Shown piece by piece: positions 1-11,952 of a stretch of DNA of 64,000 bases. A program made the translations under genes and the position numbers. The notes beneath the pieces were generated by a model, which saw only the letters and a program-made list of their open reading frames with translations, was not told the origin of the DNA and made no database searches. Source of the DNA: Eledone cirrhosa (Eukaryota); contig OZ024744.1 of the NCBI GenBank assembly GCA_964016885.1, positions 2,728,001-2,792,000 on the forward strand. The letters run 5' to 3'. The stretch's first letter is position 1; each line of letters begins with the position of its first letter.

Positions 1-1914
1 GCTTGGTGAAGAACGGAGTTTTGGGGGAAGACAAGGTAGAGAAAGATAGCTTGGTGAAGAACGAAGTTTTGGGGGAAGACAAGGTAGAGAAAGATAGCTT
101 GGTGAAGAACGAAGTTTTGTGGAAGACAATGTAGAGAAAGATAGCTTGGAGAAGAACGAAGTTTTGGGGAAGACAATGTAGAGAAAGATAGCTTGGTGAA
201 GAACGAAGTTTTGGGGGAAGACAAGGTAGAGAAAGATAGCTTGGTGAAGAACGAAGTTTTGGGAGAAGACAAGGTAGAGAAAGATAGCTTGGTGAAGAAC
301 GAAGTTTTGAGGGAAGACAAGGTAGAGAAAGATAGCTTGGTGAAGAACGACGTTTTGAGGGAAGACAAGGTAGAGAAAGATAGCTTGGTGAAGAACGACG
401 TTTTGTGGGAAGACAAGGCAGAGAACGATAGCTTGGTGAAGAACGAAGTTTTGGGGGAAGACAAGGTAGAGAAAGATAGCTTGGTGAAGAACGAAGTTTT
501 GGGGGAAGACAAGGTAGAGAAAGATAGCTTGGTGAAGAACGAAGTTTTGGGGAAGACAATGTAGAGAAAGATAGCTTGGTGAAGAACGAAGTTTTGGGGG
601 AAGACAAGGTAGAGAAAGATAGCTTGGTGAATAACGAAATTTTGTGAGAAGACAAGGTCGAGAAAGATAGCTTGGTGAAGAACGAAATGTTGAGGGAAGA
701 CAAGGTAGAGAAAGATAGCTTGGTGAAGAACGACGTTTTGGTGGAAGACAAGGTAGAGAAAGATAGCTTGGTGAAGAACGATGTTTTGGGGAAGACAATG
801 TAGAGAAAGATAGCTTGGTGAAGAACGAAGTTTTGGGGGAAGACAAGGTAGAGAAAGATAGCTTGGTGAAGAACGAAGTTTTGAGGGAAGACAAGGTAGA
901 GAAAGATAGCTTGGTGAATAACGAAGTTTTGGGAGAAGACAAGGTAGAGAAAGATAGTTGGTGAAGAACGAAGTTTTGAGGGAAGACAAGGTAGAGAAAG
1001 ATAGCTTGGTGAAGAACGACATTTTGAGGGAAGACAAGGTAGAGAAAGATAGCTTGGTGAAGAACGACGTTTTGTGGGAAGACAAGGTAGAGAAAGATAG
1101 CTTGGTGAAGAACGAAGTTTTGGGGGAAGACAAGGTAGAGAAAGATAGCTTGGTGAAGAACGAAGTTCTGGGGAAGACAATGTAGAGAAAGATAGCTTGG
1201 TGAAGAACGAAGTTTTGGGGGAAGACAAGGTAGAGAAAGATAGCTTGGTGAAGAACGAAGTTTTGGGGGAAGACAAGGTAGAGAAAGATAGCTTGGTGAA
1301 GAACGAAGTTTTGGGGGAAGACAAGGTAGAGAAAGATAGCTTGGTGAAGAACGAAGTTTTGGGGGAAATCAAGGTAGAGAATAATAGTTTGGTGAAGAAC
1401 GAAGTTTTGGGGGAAGACAAGGTAGAGAAAGATAGCTTGGTGAAGAACGACGTTTTGAGGGAAGACAAGGTAGAGAAAGATAGCTTGGTGAAGAACGAAG
1501 TTTTGGGGAAGACAATGTAGAGAAAGATAGCTTGGTGAAGAACGAAGTTTTGGGGGAAGACAAGGTAGAGAAAGATAGCTTGGTGAAGAACTAAGTTTTG
1601 GGAGAAGACAAGGTAGAGAAAGATAGCTTGGTGAAGAATGAAGTTTTGGGGGAAGACAAGGTAGAGAAAGATAGCTTGGTGAAGAACGAAGTTTTGGGGG
1701 AAGACAAGGTAGAGAAAGATAGCTTGGTGAAGAACGAAGTTTTGGGGAAGACAATGTAGAGAAAGATAGCTTGGTGAAGAACGAAGTTTTGGGGGAAGAC
1801 AAGGTAGAGAAAGATAGCTTGGTGAATAACGAAGTTTTGGGAGAAGACAAGGTCGAGAAAGATAGCTTGGTGAAGAACGAAATTTTGAGGGAAGACAAGG
1901 TAGAGAAAGATAGC

Positions 1915-4784
1915 TTGGTGAAGAACGACGTTTTGAGGGAAGACAAGATAGAGAAAGATAGCTTGGTGAAGAACGACGTTTTGTGGGAAGACAAGGTAGA
2001 GAAAGATAGCTTGGTGAAGAACGAAGTTTTGGTGGAAGACAAGGTAGAGAAAGATAGCTTGGTGAAGAACGATGTTTTGGGGAAGACAATGTAGAGAAAG
2101 ATAGCTTGGTGAAGAACGAAGTTTTGGGGGAAGACAAGGTAGAGAAAGATAGCTTGGTGAAGAACGAAGTTTTGAGGGAAGACAAGGTAGAGAAAGATAG
2201 CTTGGTGAATAACGAAGTTTTGGGAGAAGACAAGGTAGAGAAAGATAGTTGGTGAAGAACGAAGTTTTGAGGGAAGACAAGGGGGAGAAAGATAGATTGG
2301 TGAAGACCGACGTTTTGAGGGAAGACAAGGTAGAGAAAGATAGCTTGGTGAAGAACGACGTTTTGTGGGAAGACAAGGTAGAGAAAGATAGCTTGGTGAA
2401 GAACGAAGTTTTGGGGGAAGACAAGGTAGAGAAAGATAGCTTGGTGAAGAACGAAGTTTTGGGGAAGACAATGTAGAGAAAGATAGCTTGGTGAAGAACG
2501 AACTTTTGGGGGAAGACAAGGTAGAGAAAGATAGCTTGGTGAAGAACGAAGTTTTGAGGGAAGACAAGGTAGAGAAAGATAGCTTGGTGAATAACGAAGT
2601 TTTGGGAGAAGACAAGGTAGAGAAAGATAGCTTCGTGAAGAACGACGTTTTGAGGGAAGACAAGGTAGAGAAAGATAGCTTGGTGAAGAACGAAGTTTTG
2701 GGGAAGACAATGTAAAGAAAGATAGCTTGGTGAAGAACGAAGTTTTGGGGGAAGACAAGGTAGAGAAAGATAGCTTGGTGAAGAACGAAGTTTTGAGGGA
2801 AGACAAGGTAGAGAAAGATAGCTTGGTGAATAACGAAGTTTTGGGAGAAGACAAGGTAGAGAAAGATAGTTGGTGAAGAACGAAGTTTTGAAGGAAGACA
2901 AGGCAGAGAAAGATAGCTTGGCGAAGAACGAAGTTTTGAGGGAAGACAAGGTAGAGAAAGATAGCTTGGTGAAGAACGACGTTTTGTGGGAAGACAAGGT
3001 AGAGAAAGATAGCTTGGTGAAGAACGAAGTTTTGGGGGAAGACAAGGTAGAGAAAGATAGCTTGGTGAAGAACGAAGTTTTGGGGGAAGACAAGGTAGAG
3101 AAAGATAGCTTGGTGAAGAACGAAGTTTTGAGGGAAGACAAGGTAGAGAAAGATAGCTTGGTGAATAACGAAGTTTTGGGAGAAGACAAGGTGGAGAAAG
3201 GTAGCTTGGTGAAGAACGAAGTTTTGATGGAAGACAAGGTAGAGAAAGATAGCTTGGTGAAGAACGACGTTTTGTGGGAAGACAAGGTAGAGAAAGATAG
3301 CTTGGTGAAGAACGAACTTTTGGGGGAAGACAAGGTAGAGAAAGATAGCTTGGTGAAGAACGACGTTTTGAGGGAAGACAAGATAGAGAAAGATAGCTTG
3401 GTGAAGAACGACGTTTTGTGGGAAGACAAGGTAGAGAAAGATAGCTTGGTGAAGAACGAAGTTTTGGTGGAAGACAAGGTAGAGAAAGATAGCTTGGTGA
3501 AGAACGATGTTTTGGGGAAGACAATGTAGAGAAAGATAGCTTGGTGAAGAACGAAGTTTTGGGGGAAGACAAGGTAGAGAAAGATAGCTTGGTGAAGAAC
3601 GAAGTTTTGAGGGAAGACAAGGTAGAGAAAGATAGCTTGGTGAATAACGAAGTTTTGGGAGAAGACAAGGTAGAGAAAGATAGTTGGTGAAGAACGAAGT
3701 TTTGAGGGAAGACAAGGGGGAGAAAGATAGATTGGTGAAGACCGACGTTTTGAGGGAAGACAAGGTAGAGAAAGATAGCTTGGTGAAGAACGACGTTTTG
3801 TGGGAAGACAAGGTAGAGAAAGATAGCTTGGTGAAGAACGAAGTTTTGGGGGAAGACAAGGTAGAGAAAGATAGCTTGGTGAAGAACGAAGTTTTGGGGA
3901 AGACAATGTAGAGAAAGATAGCTTGGTGAAGAACGAACTTTTGGGGGAAGACAAGGTAGAGAAAGATAGCTTGGTGAAGAACGAAGTTTTGAGGGAAGAC
4001 AAGGTAGAGAAAGATAGCTTGGTGAATAACGAAGTTTTGGGAGAAGACAAGGTAGAGAAAGATAGCTTCGTGAAGAACGACGTTTTGAGGGAAGACAAGG
4101 TAGAGAAAGATAGCTTGGTGAAGAACGAAGTTTTGGGGAAGACAATGTAAAGAAAGATAGCTTGGTGAAGAACGAAGTTTTGGGGGAAGACAAGGTAGAG
4201 AAAGATAGCTTGGTGAAGAACGAAGTTTTGAGGGAAGACAAGGTAGAGAAAGATAGCTTGGTGAATAACGAAGTTTTGGGAGAAGACAAGGTAGAGAAAG
4301 ATAGTTGGTGAAGAACGAAGTTTTGAAGGAAGACAAGGCAGAGAAAGATAGCTTGGCGAAGAACGAAGTTTTGAGGGAAGACAAGGTAGAGAAAGATAGC
4401 TTGGTGAAGAACGACGTTTTGTGGGAAGACAAGGTAGAGAAAGATAGCTTGGTGAAGAACGAAGTTTTGGGGGAAGACAAGGTAGAGAAAGATAGCTTGG
4501 TGAAGAACGAAGTTTTGGGGGAAGACAAGGTAGAGAAAGATAGCTTGGTGAAGAACGAAGTTTTGAGGGAAGACAAGGTAGAGAAAGATAGCTTGGTGAA
4601 TAACGAAGTTTTGGGAGAAGACAAGGTGGAGAAAGATAGCTTGGTGAAGAACGAAGTTTTGATGGAAGACAAGGTAGAGAAAGATAGCTTGGTGAAGAAC
4701 GACGTTTTGTGGGAAGACAAGGTAGAGAAAGATAGCTTGGTGAAGAACGAACTTTTGGGGGAAGACAAGGTAGAGAAAGATAGC
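1915..4784. repeat. Tandem segmental duplication, period 1435 bp (30 monomers)
   Basis: Private variants (AAGGGGGAG/AAGACCGAC, GAACTT, CTTCGTG, ATGTAAAG, GGCGAAG, TTGATGG) recur at +1435: ORF starts 2249/3684, 2488/3923, 2870/4305. The copies are not identical (AAAGGTAGC near 3200 vs AAAGATAGC near 4635). Confidence 0.92.
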
Positions 4785-6505
4785 TTGGTGAAGAACGAAG
4801 TTTTGGGGGAAGACAAGGTAGAGAAAGATAGCTTGGTGAAGAACGAAGTTTTGGGGAAGACAATGTAGAGAAAGATAGCTTGGTGAAGAACGAAGATTTG
4901 GGGGAAGACAAGGTAGAGAAAGATAGCTTGGTGAAGAACGAAGTTTTGGGAGAAGACAAGGTAGAGAAAGATAGCTTGGTGAAGAACGAAGTTTTGAGGG
5001 AAGACAAGGTAGAGAAAGATAGCTTGGTGAAGAACGACGTTTTGAGGGAAGACAAGGTAGAGAAAGATAGCTTGGTGAAGAACGACGTTTTGTGGGAAGA
5101 CAAGGTAGAGAAAGATAGCTTGGTGAAGAACGAAGTTTTGGGGGAAGACAAGGTAGAGAAAGATAGTTTGGTGAAGAACGGAGTTTTGGGGGAAGACAAG
5201 GTAGAGAAAGATAGCTTGGTGAAGAACGAAGTTTTGGGGGAAGTCAAGGTAGAGAAAGATAGCTTGGTGAAGAACGAAGTTTTGTGGAAGACAATGTAGA
5301 GAAAGATAGCTTGGTGAAGAACGAAGTTTTGGGGAAGACAATGTAGAGAAATATAGCTTGGTGAAGAACGAAGTTTTGGGGGAAGACAAGGTAGAGAAAG
5401 ATAGCTTGGTGAAGAACGAATTTTTGGGAGAAGACAAGGTAGAGAAAGATAGCTTGGTGAAGAACGAAGTTTTGAGGGAAGACAAGGTAGAGAAAGATAG
5501 CTTGGTGAAGAACGAAGTTTTGGGGGAAGACAAGGTAGAGAAAGATAGCTTGGTGAAGAACGAAGTTTTGTGGGAAGACAAGGTAGAGAAAGATAGCTTG
5601 GTGAAGAACGAAGTTTGGGGAAGACAATGTAGAGAAAGATAGCTTGGTGAAGAACGAAGTTTTGGGGGAAGACAAGGTAGAGAAAGATAGCTTGGTGAAT
5701 AACGAAATTTTGGGAGAAGACAAGGTCGAGAAAGATAGCTTGGTGAAGAACGAAATTTTGAGGGAAGACAAGGTAGAGAAAGATAGCTTGGTGAAGAACG
5801 ACGTTTTGGTGGAAGACAAGGTAGAGAAAGATAGCTTGGTGAAGAACGATGTTTTGGGGAAGACAATGTAGAGAAAGATAGCTTGGTGAAGAACGAAGTT
5901 TTGGGGGAAGACAAGGTAGAGAAAGATAGCTTGGTGAAGAACGACGTTTTGAGGGAAGACAAGGTAGAGAAAGATAGCTTGGTGAAGAACGACGTTTTGT
6001 GGGAAGACAAGGTAGAGAAAGATAGCTTGGTGAAGAACGAAGTTTTGGGGGAAGACAAGGTAGAGAAAGATAGCTTGGTGAAGAACGAAGTTTTGGGGGA
6101 AGACAAGGTAGAGAAAGATAGCTTGGTGAAGAACGAAGTTTTGGGAGAAGACAAGGTAGAGAAAGATAGCTTGGTGAAGAACGAAGTTTTGAGGGAAGAC
6201 AAGGTAGAGAAAGATAGCTTGGTGAAGAACGAAGTTTTGGGGGAAGACAAGGTAGAGAAAGATAGCTTGGTGAAGAACGAAGTTTTGTGGGAAGACAAGG
6301 TAGAGAAAGATAGCTTGGTGAAGAACGAAGTTTTGGGGAAGACAATGTAGAGAAAGATAGCTTGGTGAAGAACGAAGTTTTGGGGGAAGACAAGGTAGAG
6401 AAAGATAGCTTGGTGAATAACGAAATTTTGGGAGAAGACAAGGTCGAGAAAGATAGCTTGGTGAAGAACGAAATTTTGAGGGAAGACAAGGTAGAGAAAG
6501 ATAGC

Positions 6506-9500
6506 TTGGTGAAGAACGACGTTTTGGTGGAAGACAAGGTAGAGAAAGATAGCTTGGTGAAGAACGATGTTTTGGGGAAGACAATGTAGAGAAAGATAGC
6601 TTGGTGAAGAACGAAGTTTTGGGGGAAGACAAGTTATAGAAAGATAGCTTGGTGAAGAACGACGTTTTGAGGGAAGACAAGGTAGAGAAAGATAGCTTGG
6701 TGAAGAACGACGTTTTGTGGGAAGACAAGGTAGAGAAAGATAGCTTTGTGAAGAACGAAGTTTTGGGGGAAGACAAGGTAGAGAAAGATAGCTTGGTGAA
6801 GATCGGAGTTTTGGGGGAAGACAAGGTAGAGAAAGATAGCTTGGTGAAGAACGAAGTTTTGGGGGAAGACAAGGTAGAGAAAGATAGCTTGGTGACGAAC
6901 GAATTTTTGGGGAAGACAATGTAGAGAAAGATAGCTTGGTGAAGAACGAAGTTTTGGGGAAGACAATGTAGAGAAAGATAGCTTGGTGAAGAACGAAGTT
7001 TTGGGGGAAGACAAGGTAGAGAAAGATAGCTTGGTGAAGAACGAAGTTTTGGGAGAAGACAAGGTAGAGAAAGATAGCTTGGTGAAGAACGAAGTTTTGG
7101 GGGAAGTCAAGGTAGAGAAAGATAGCTTGGTGAAGAACGAAGTTTTGGGGAAGACAATGTAGAGAAAGATAGCTTGGTGAAGAACGAAGATTTGGGGGAA
7201 GACAAGGTAGAGAAAGATAGCTTGGTGAAGAACGAAGTTTTGGGAGAAGACAAGGTAGAGAAAGATAGCTTGGTGAAGAACGAAGTTTTGAGGGAAGACA
7301 AGGTAGAGAAAGATAGCTTGGTGAAGAACGACGTTTTGTGGGAAGACAAGGTAGAGAAAGATAGCTTGGTGAAGAACGAAGTTTTGGGGGAAGACAAGGT
7401 AGAGAAAGATAGTTTGGTGAAGAACGGAGTTTTGGGGGAAGACAAGGTAGAGAAAGATAGCTTGGTGAAGAACGAAGTTTTGGGGGGAAGACAAGGTAGA
7501 GAAAGATAGCTTGGTGAAGAACGAAGTTTTGTGGAAGACAATGTAGAGAAAGATAGCTTGGTGAAGAACGAAGTTTTGGGGAAGACAATGTAGAGAAAGA
7601 TAGCTTGGTGAAGAACGAAGTTTTGGGGGAAGACAAGGTAGAGAAAGATAGCTTGGTGAAGAACGAAGTTTTAGGAGAAGACAAGGTAGAGAAAGATAGC
7701 TTGGTGAAGAACGAAGTTTTGAGGGAAAACAAGGTAGAGAAAGATAGCTTGGTGAAGAACGAAGTTTTGGGGGAAGACAAGGTAGAGAAAGATAGCTTGG
7801 TGAAGAACGAAGTTTTGTGGGAAGACAAGGTAGAGAAAGATAGCTTGGTGAAGAACGAAGTTTTGGGGAAGACAATGTAGAGAAAGATAGCTTGGTGAAG
7901 AACGAAGTTTTGGGGGAAGACAAGGTAGAGAAAGATAGCTTGGTGAATAACGAACTTTGGGAGAAGACAAGGTCGAGAAAGATAGCTTGGTGAAGAACGA
8001 AATTTTGAGGGAAGACAAGGTAGAGAAAGATAGCTTGGTGAAGAACGACGTTTTGGTGGAAGACAAGGTAGAGAAAGATAGCTTGGTGAAGAACGATGTT
8101 TTGGGGAAGACAATGTAGAGAAAGATAGCTTGGTGAAGAACGAAGTTTAGGGGGAAGACAAGGTAGAGAAAGATAGCTTGGTGAAGAACGACGTTTTGAG
8201 GGAAGACACGGTAGAGAAAGATAGCTTGGTGAAGAACGACGTTTTGTGGGAAGACAAGGTAGAGAAAGATAGCTTGGTGAAGAACGAAGTTTTGGGGGAA
8301 GACAAGGTAGAGAAAGATAGCTTGGTGAAGAACGGAGTTTTGGGGGAAGACAAGGTAGAGAAAGATAGCTTGGTGAAGAACGAAGTTTTGGGGGAAGACA
8401 AGGTAGAGAAAGATAGCTTGGAGACGAACGAATTTTTGCGGAAGACAATGTAGAGAAAGATAGCTTGGTGAAGAACGAAGTTTTGGGGAAGACAATGTAG
8501 AGAAAGATAGCTTGGTGAAGAACGAAGTTTTGGGGGAAGACAAGGTAGAGAAAGATAGCTTGGTGAAGAACGAAGTTTTGGGAGAAGACAAGGTAGAGAA
8601 AGATAGCTTGGTGAAGAACGAAGTTTTGAGGGAAGACAAGGTAGAGAAAGATAGCTTGGTGAAGAACGACGTTTTGAGGGAAGACAAGGTAGAGAAAGAT
8701 AGCTTGGTGAAGAACGACGTTTTGTGGGAAGACAAGGTAGAGAAAGATAGCTTGGTGAAGAACGAAGTTTTGGGGGAAGACAAAGTAGAGAAAGATAGCT
8801 TGGTGAATAACGAAATTTTGGGAGAAGACAAGGTCGAGAAAGATAGCTTGGTGAAGAACGAAATTTTGAGGGAAGACAAGGTAGAGAAAGATAGCTTGGT
8901 GAAGAACGACGTTTTGGTGGAAGACAAGGTAGAGAAAGATAGCTTGGTGAAGAACGATGTTTTGGGGAAGACAATGTAGAGAAAGATAGCTTGGTGAAGA
9001 ACGAAGTTTTGGGGAAGACAAGGTAGAGAAAGATAGCTTGGTGAAGAACGAAGTTTTGAGGGAAGACAAGGTAGAGAAAGATAGCTTGGTGAATAACGAA
9101 GTTTTGGGAGAAGACAAGGTAGAGAAAGATAGTTGTTGAAGAACGAAGTTTTGAGGGAAGACAAGGTAGAGAAAGATAGCTTGGTGAAGAACGACGTTTT
9201 GAGGGAAGACAAGGTAGAGAAAGATAGCTTGGTGAAGAACGACGTTTTGGTGGAAGACAAGGTAGAGAAAGATAGCTTGGTGAAGAACGATGTTTTGGGG
9301 AAGACAATGTAGAGAAAGATAGCTTGGTGAAGAACGAAGTTTTGGGGGAAGACAAGTTATAGAAAGATAGCTTGGTGAAGAACGACGTTTTGAGGGAAGA
9401 CAAGGTAGAGAAAGATAGCTTGGTGAAGAACGACGTTTTGTGGGAAGACAAGGTAGAGAAAGATAGCTTGGTGAAGAACGAAGTTTTGGGGGAAGACAAG

Positions 9501-11952
9501 GTAGAGAAAGATAGCTTGCTGAAGATCGGAGTTTTGGGGGAAGACAAGGTAGAGAAAGATAGCTTGGTGAAGAACGAAGTTTTGGGGGAAGACAAGGTAG
9601 AGAAAGATAGCTTGGTGACGAACGAATTTTTGGGGAAGACAATGTAGAGAAAGATAGCTTGGTGAAGAACGAAGTTTTGGGGAAGACAATGTAGAGAAAG
9701 ATAGCTTGGTGAAGAACGAAGTTTTGGGGGAAGACAAGGTAGAGAAAGATAGCTTGGTGAAGAACGAAGTTTTGGGAGAAGACAAGGTAGAGAAAGATAG
9801 CTTGGTGAAGAACGAAGTTTTGGGGGAAGTCAAGGTAGAGAAAGATAGCTTGGTGAAGAACGAAGTTTTGGGGAAGACAATGTAGAGAAAGATAGCTTGG
9901 TGAAGAACGAAGATTTGGGGGAAGACAAGGTAGAGAAAGATAGCTTGGTGAAGAACGAAGTTTTGGGAGAAGACAAGGTAGAGAAAGATAGCTTGGTGAA
10001 GAACGAAGTTTTGAGGGAAGACAAGGTAGAGAAAGATAGCTTGGTGAAGAACGACGTTTTGTGGGAAGACAAGGTAGAGAAAGATAGCTTGGTGAAGAAC
10101 GAAGTTTTGGGGGAAGACAAGGTAGAGAAAGATAGTTTGGTGAAGAACGGAGTTTTGGGGGAAGACAAGGTAGAGAAAGATAGCTTGGTGAAGAACGAAG
10201 TTTTGGGGGGAAGACAAGGTAGAGAAAGATAGCTTGGTGAAGAACGAAGTTTTGTGGAAGACAATGTAGAGAAAGATAGCTTGGTGAAGAACGAAGTTTT
10301 GGGGAAGACAATGTAGAGAAAGATAGCTTGGTGAAGAACGAAGTTTTGGGGGAAGACAAGGTAGAGAAAGATAGCTTGGTGAAGAACGAAGTTTTAGGAG
10401 AAGACAAGGTAGAGAAAGATAGCTTGGTGAAGAACGAAGTTTTGAGGGAAAACAAGGTAGAGAAAGATAGCTTGGTGAAGAACGAAGTTTTGGGGGAAGA
10501 CAAGGTAGAGAAAGATAGCTTGGTGAAGAACGAAGTTTTGTGGGAAGACAAGGTAGAGAAAGATAGCTTGGTGAAGAACGAAGTTTTGGGGAAGACAATG
10601 TAGAGAAAGATAGCTTGGTGAAGAACGAAGTTTTGGGGGAAGACAAGGTAGAGAAAGATAGCTTGGTGAATAACGAACTTTGGGAGAAGACAAGGTCGAG
10701 AAAGATAGCTTGGTGAAGAACGAAATTTTGAGGGAAGACAAGGTAGAGAAAGATAGCTTGGTGAAGAACGACGTTTTGGTGGAAGACAAGGTAGAGAAAG
10801 ATAGCTTGGTGAAGAACGATGTTTTGGGGAAGACAATGTAGAGAAAGATAGCTTGGTGAAGAACGAAGTTTAGGGGGAAGACAAGGTAGAGAAAGATAGC
10901 TTGGTGAAGAACGACGTTTTGAGGGAAGACACGGTAGAGAAAGATAGCTTGGTGAAGAACGACGTTTTGTGGGAAGACAAGGTAGAGAAAGATAGCTTGG
11001 TGAAGAACGAAGTTTTGGGGGAAGACAAGGTAGAGAAAGATAGCTTGGTGAAGAACGGAGTTTTGGGGGAAGACAAGGTAGAGAAAGATAGCTTGGTGAA
11101 GAACGAAGTTTTGGGGGAAGACAAGGTAGAGAAAGATAGCTTGGAGACGAACGAATTTTTGCGGAAGACAATGTAGAGAAAGATAGCTTGGTGAAGAACG
11201 AAGTTTTGGGGAAGACAATGTAGAGAAAGATAGCTTGGTGAAGAACGAAGTTTTGGGGGAAGACAAGGTAGAGAAAGATAGCTTGGTGAAGAACGAAGTT
11301 TTGGGAGAAGACAAGGTAGAGAAAGATAGCTTGGTGAAGAACGACGTTTTGAGGGAAGACAAGGTAGAGAAAGATAGCTTGGTGAAGAACGACGTTTTGA
11401 GGGAAGACAAGGTAGAGAAAGATAGCTTGGTGAAGAACGACGTTTTGTGGGAAGACAAGGTAGAGAAAGATAGCTTGGTGAAGAACGAAGTTTTGGGGGA
11501 AGACAAAGTAGAGAAAGATAGCTTGGTGAATAACGAAATTTTGGGAGAAGACAAGGTCGAGAAAGATAGCTTGGTGAAGAACGAAATTTTGAGGGAAGAC
11601 AAGGTAGAGAAAGATAGCTTGGTGAAGAACGACGTTTTGGTGGAAGACAAGGTAGAGAAAGATAGCTTGGTGATGAACGATGTTTTGGGGAAGACAATGT
11701 AGAGAAAGATAGCTTGGTGAAGAACGAAGTTTTGGGGGAAGACAAGGTAGAGAAAGATAGCTTGGTGAAGAACGAAGTTTTGAGGGAAGACAAGGTAGAG
11801 AAAGATAGCTTGGTGAATAACGAAGTTTTGGGAGAAGACAAGGTAGAGAAAGATAGTTGTTGAAGAACGAAGTTTTGAGGGAAGACAAGGTAGAGAAAGA
11901 TAGCTTGGTGAAGAACGACGTTTTGAGGGAAGACAAGGTAGAGAAAGATAGC
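6506..11952. repeat. Tandem segmental duplication, period 2723 bp (57 monomers)
   Basis: Rare variants (AAGTTATAG, AAGATCGGA, GTGACG, G6 run, TTAGGAG, GAAAAC) recur at +2723: 6649/9372, 7174/9897, 7605/10328, 8178/10901, 8512/11235. Confidence 0.92.

Noticed and set aside
220-231. Splice-donor-like CAAG/GTAGAG in each monomer
   Set aside because: It mismatches GTRAGT at +4 to +6, and there is no plus-strand acceptor or polypyrimidine context.
209-361. Canonical G-quadruplex array
   Set aside because: There is only one G3+ run per monomer, with loops of about 43 nt, and it is often interrupted by AGG/TGG/GGA/GTG variants.
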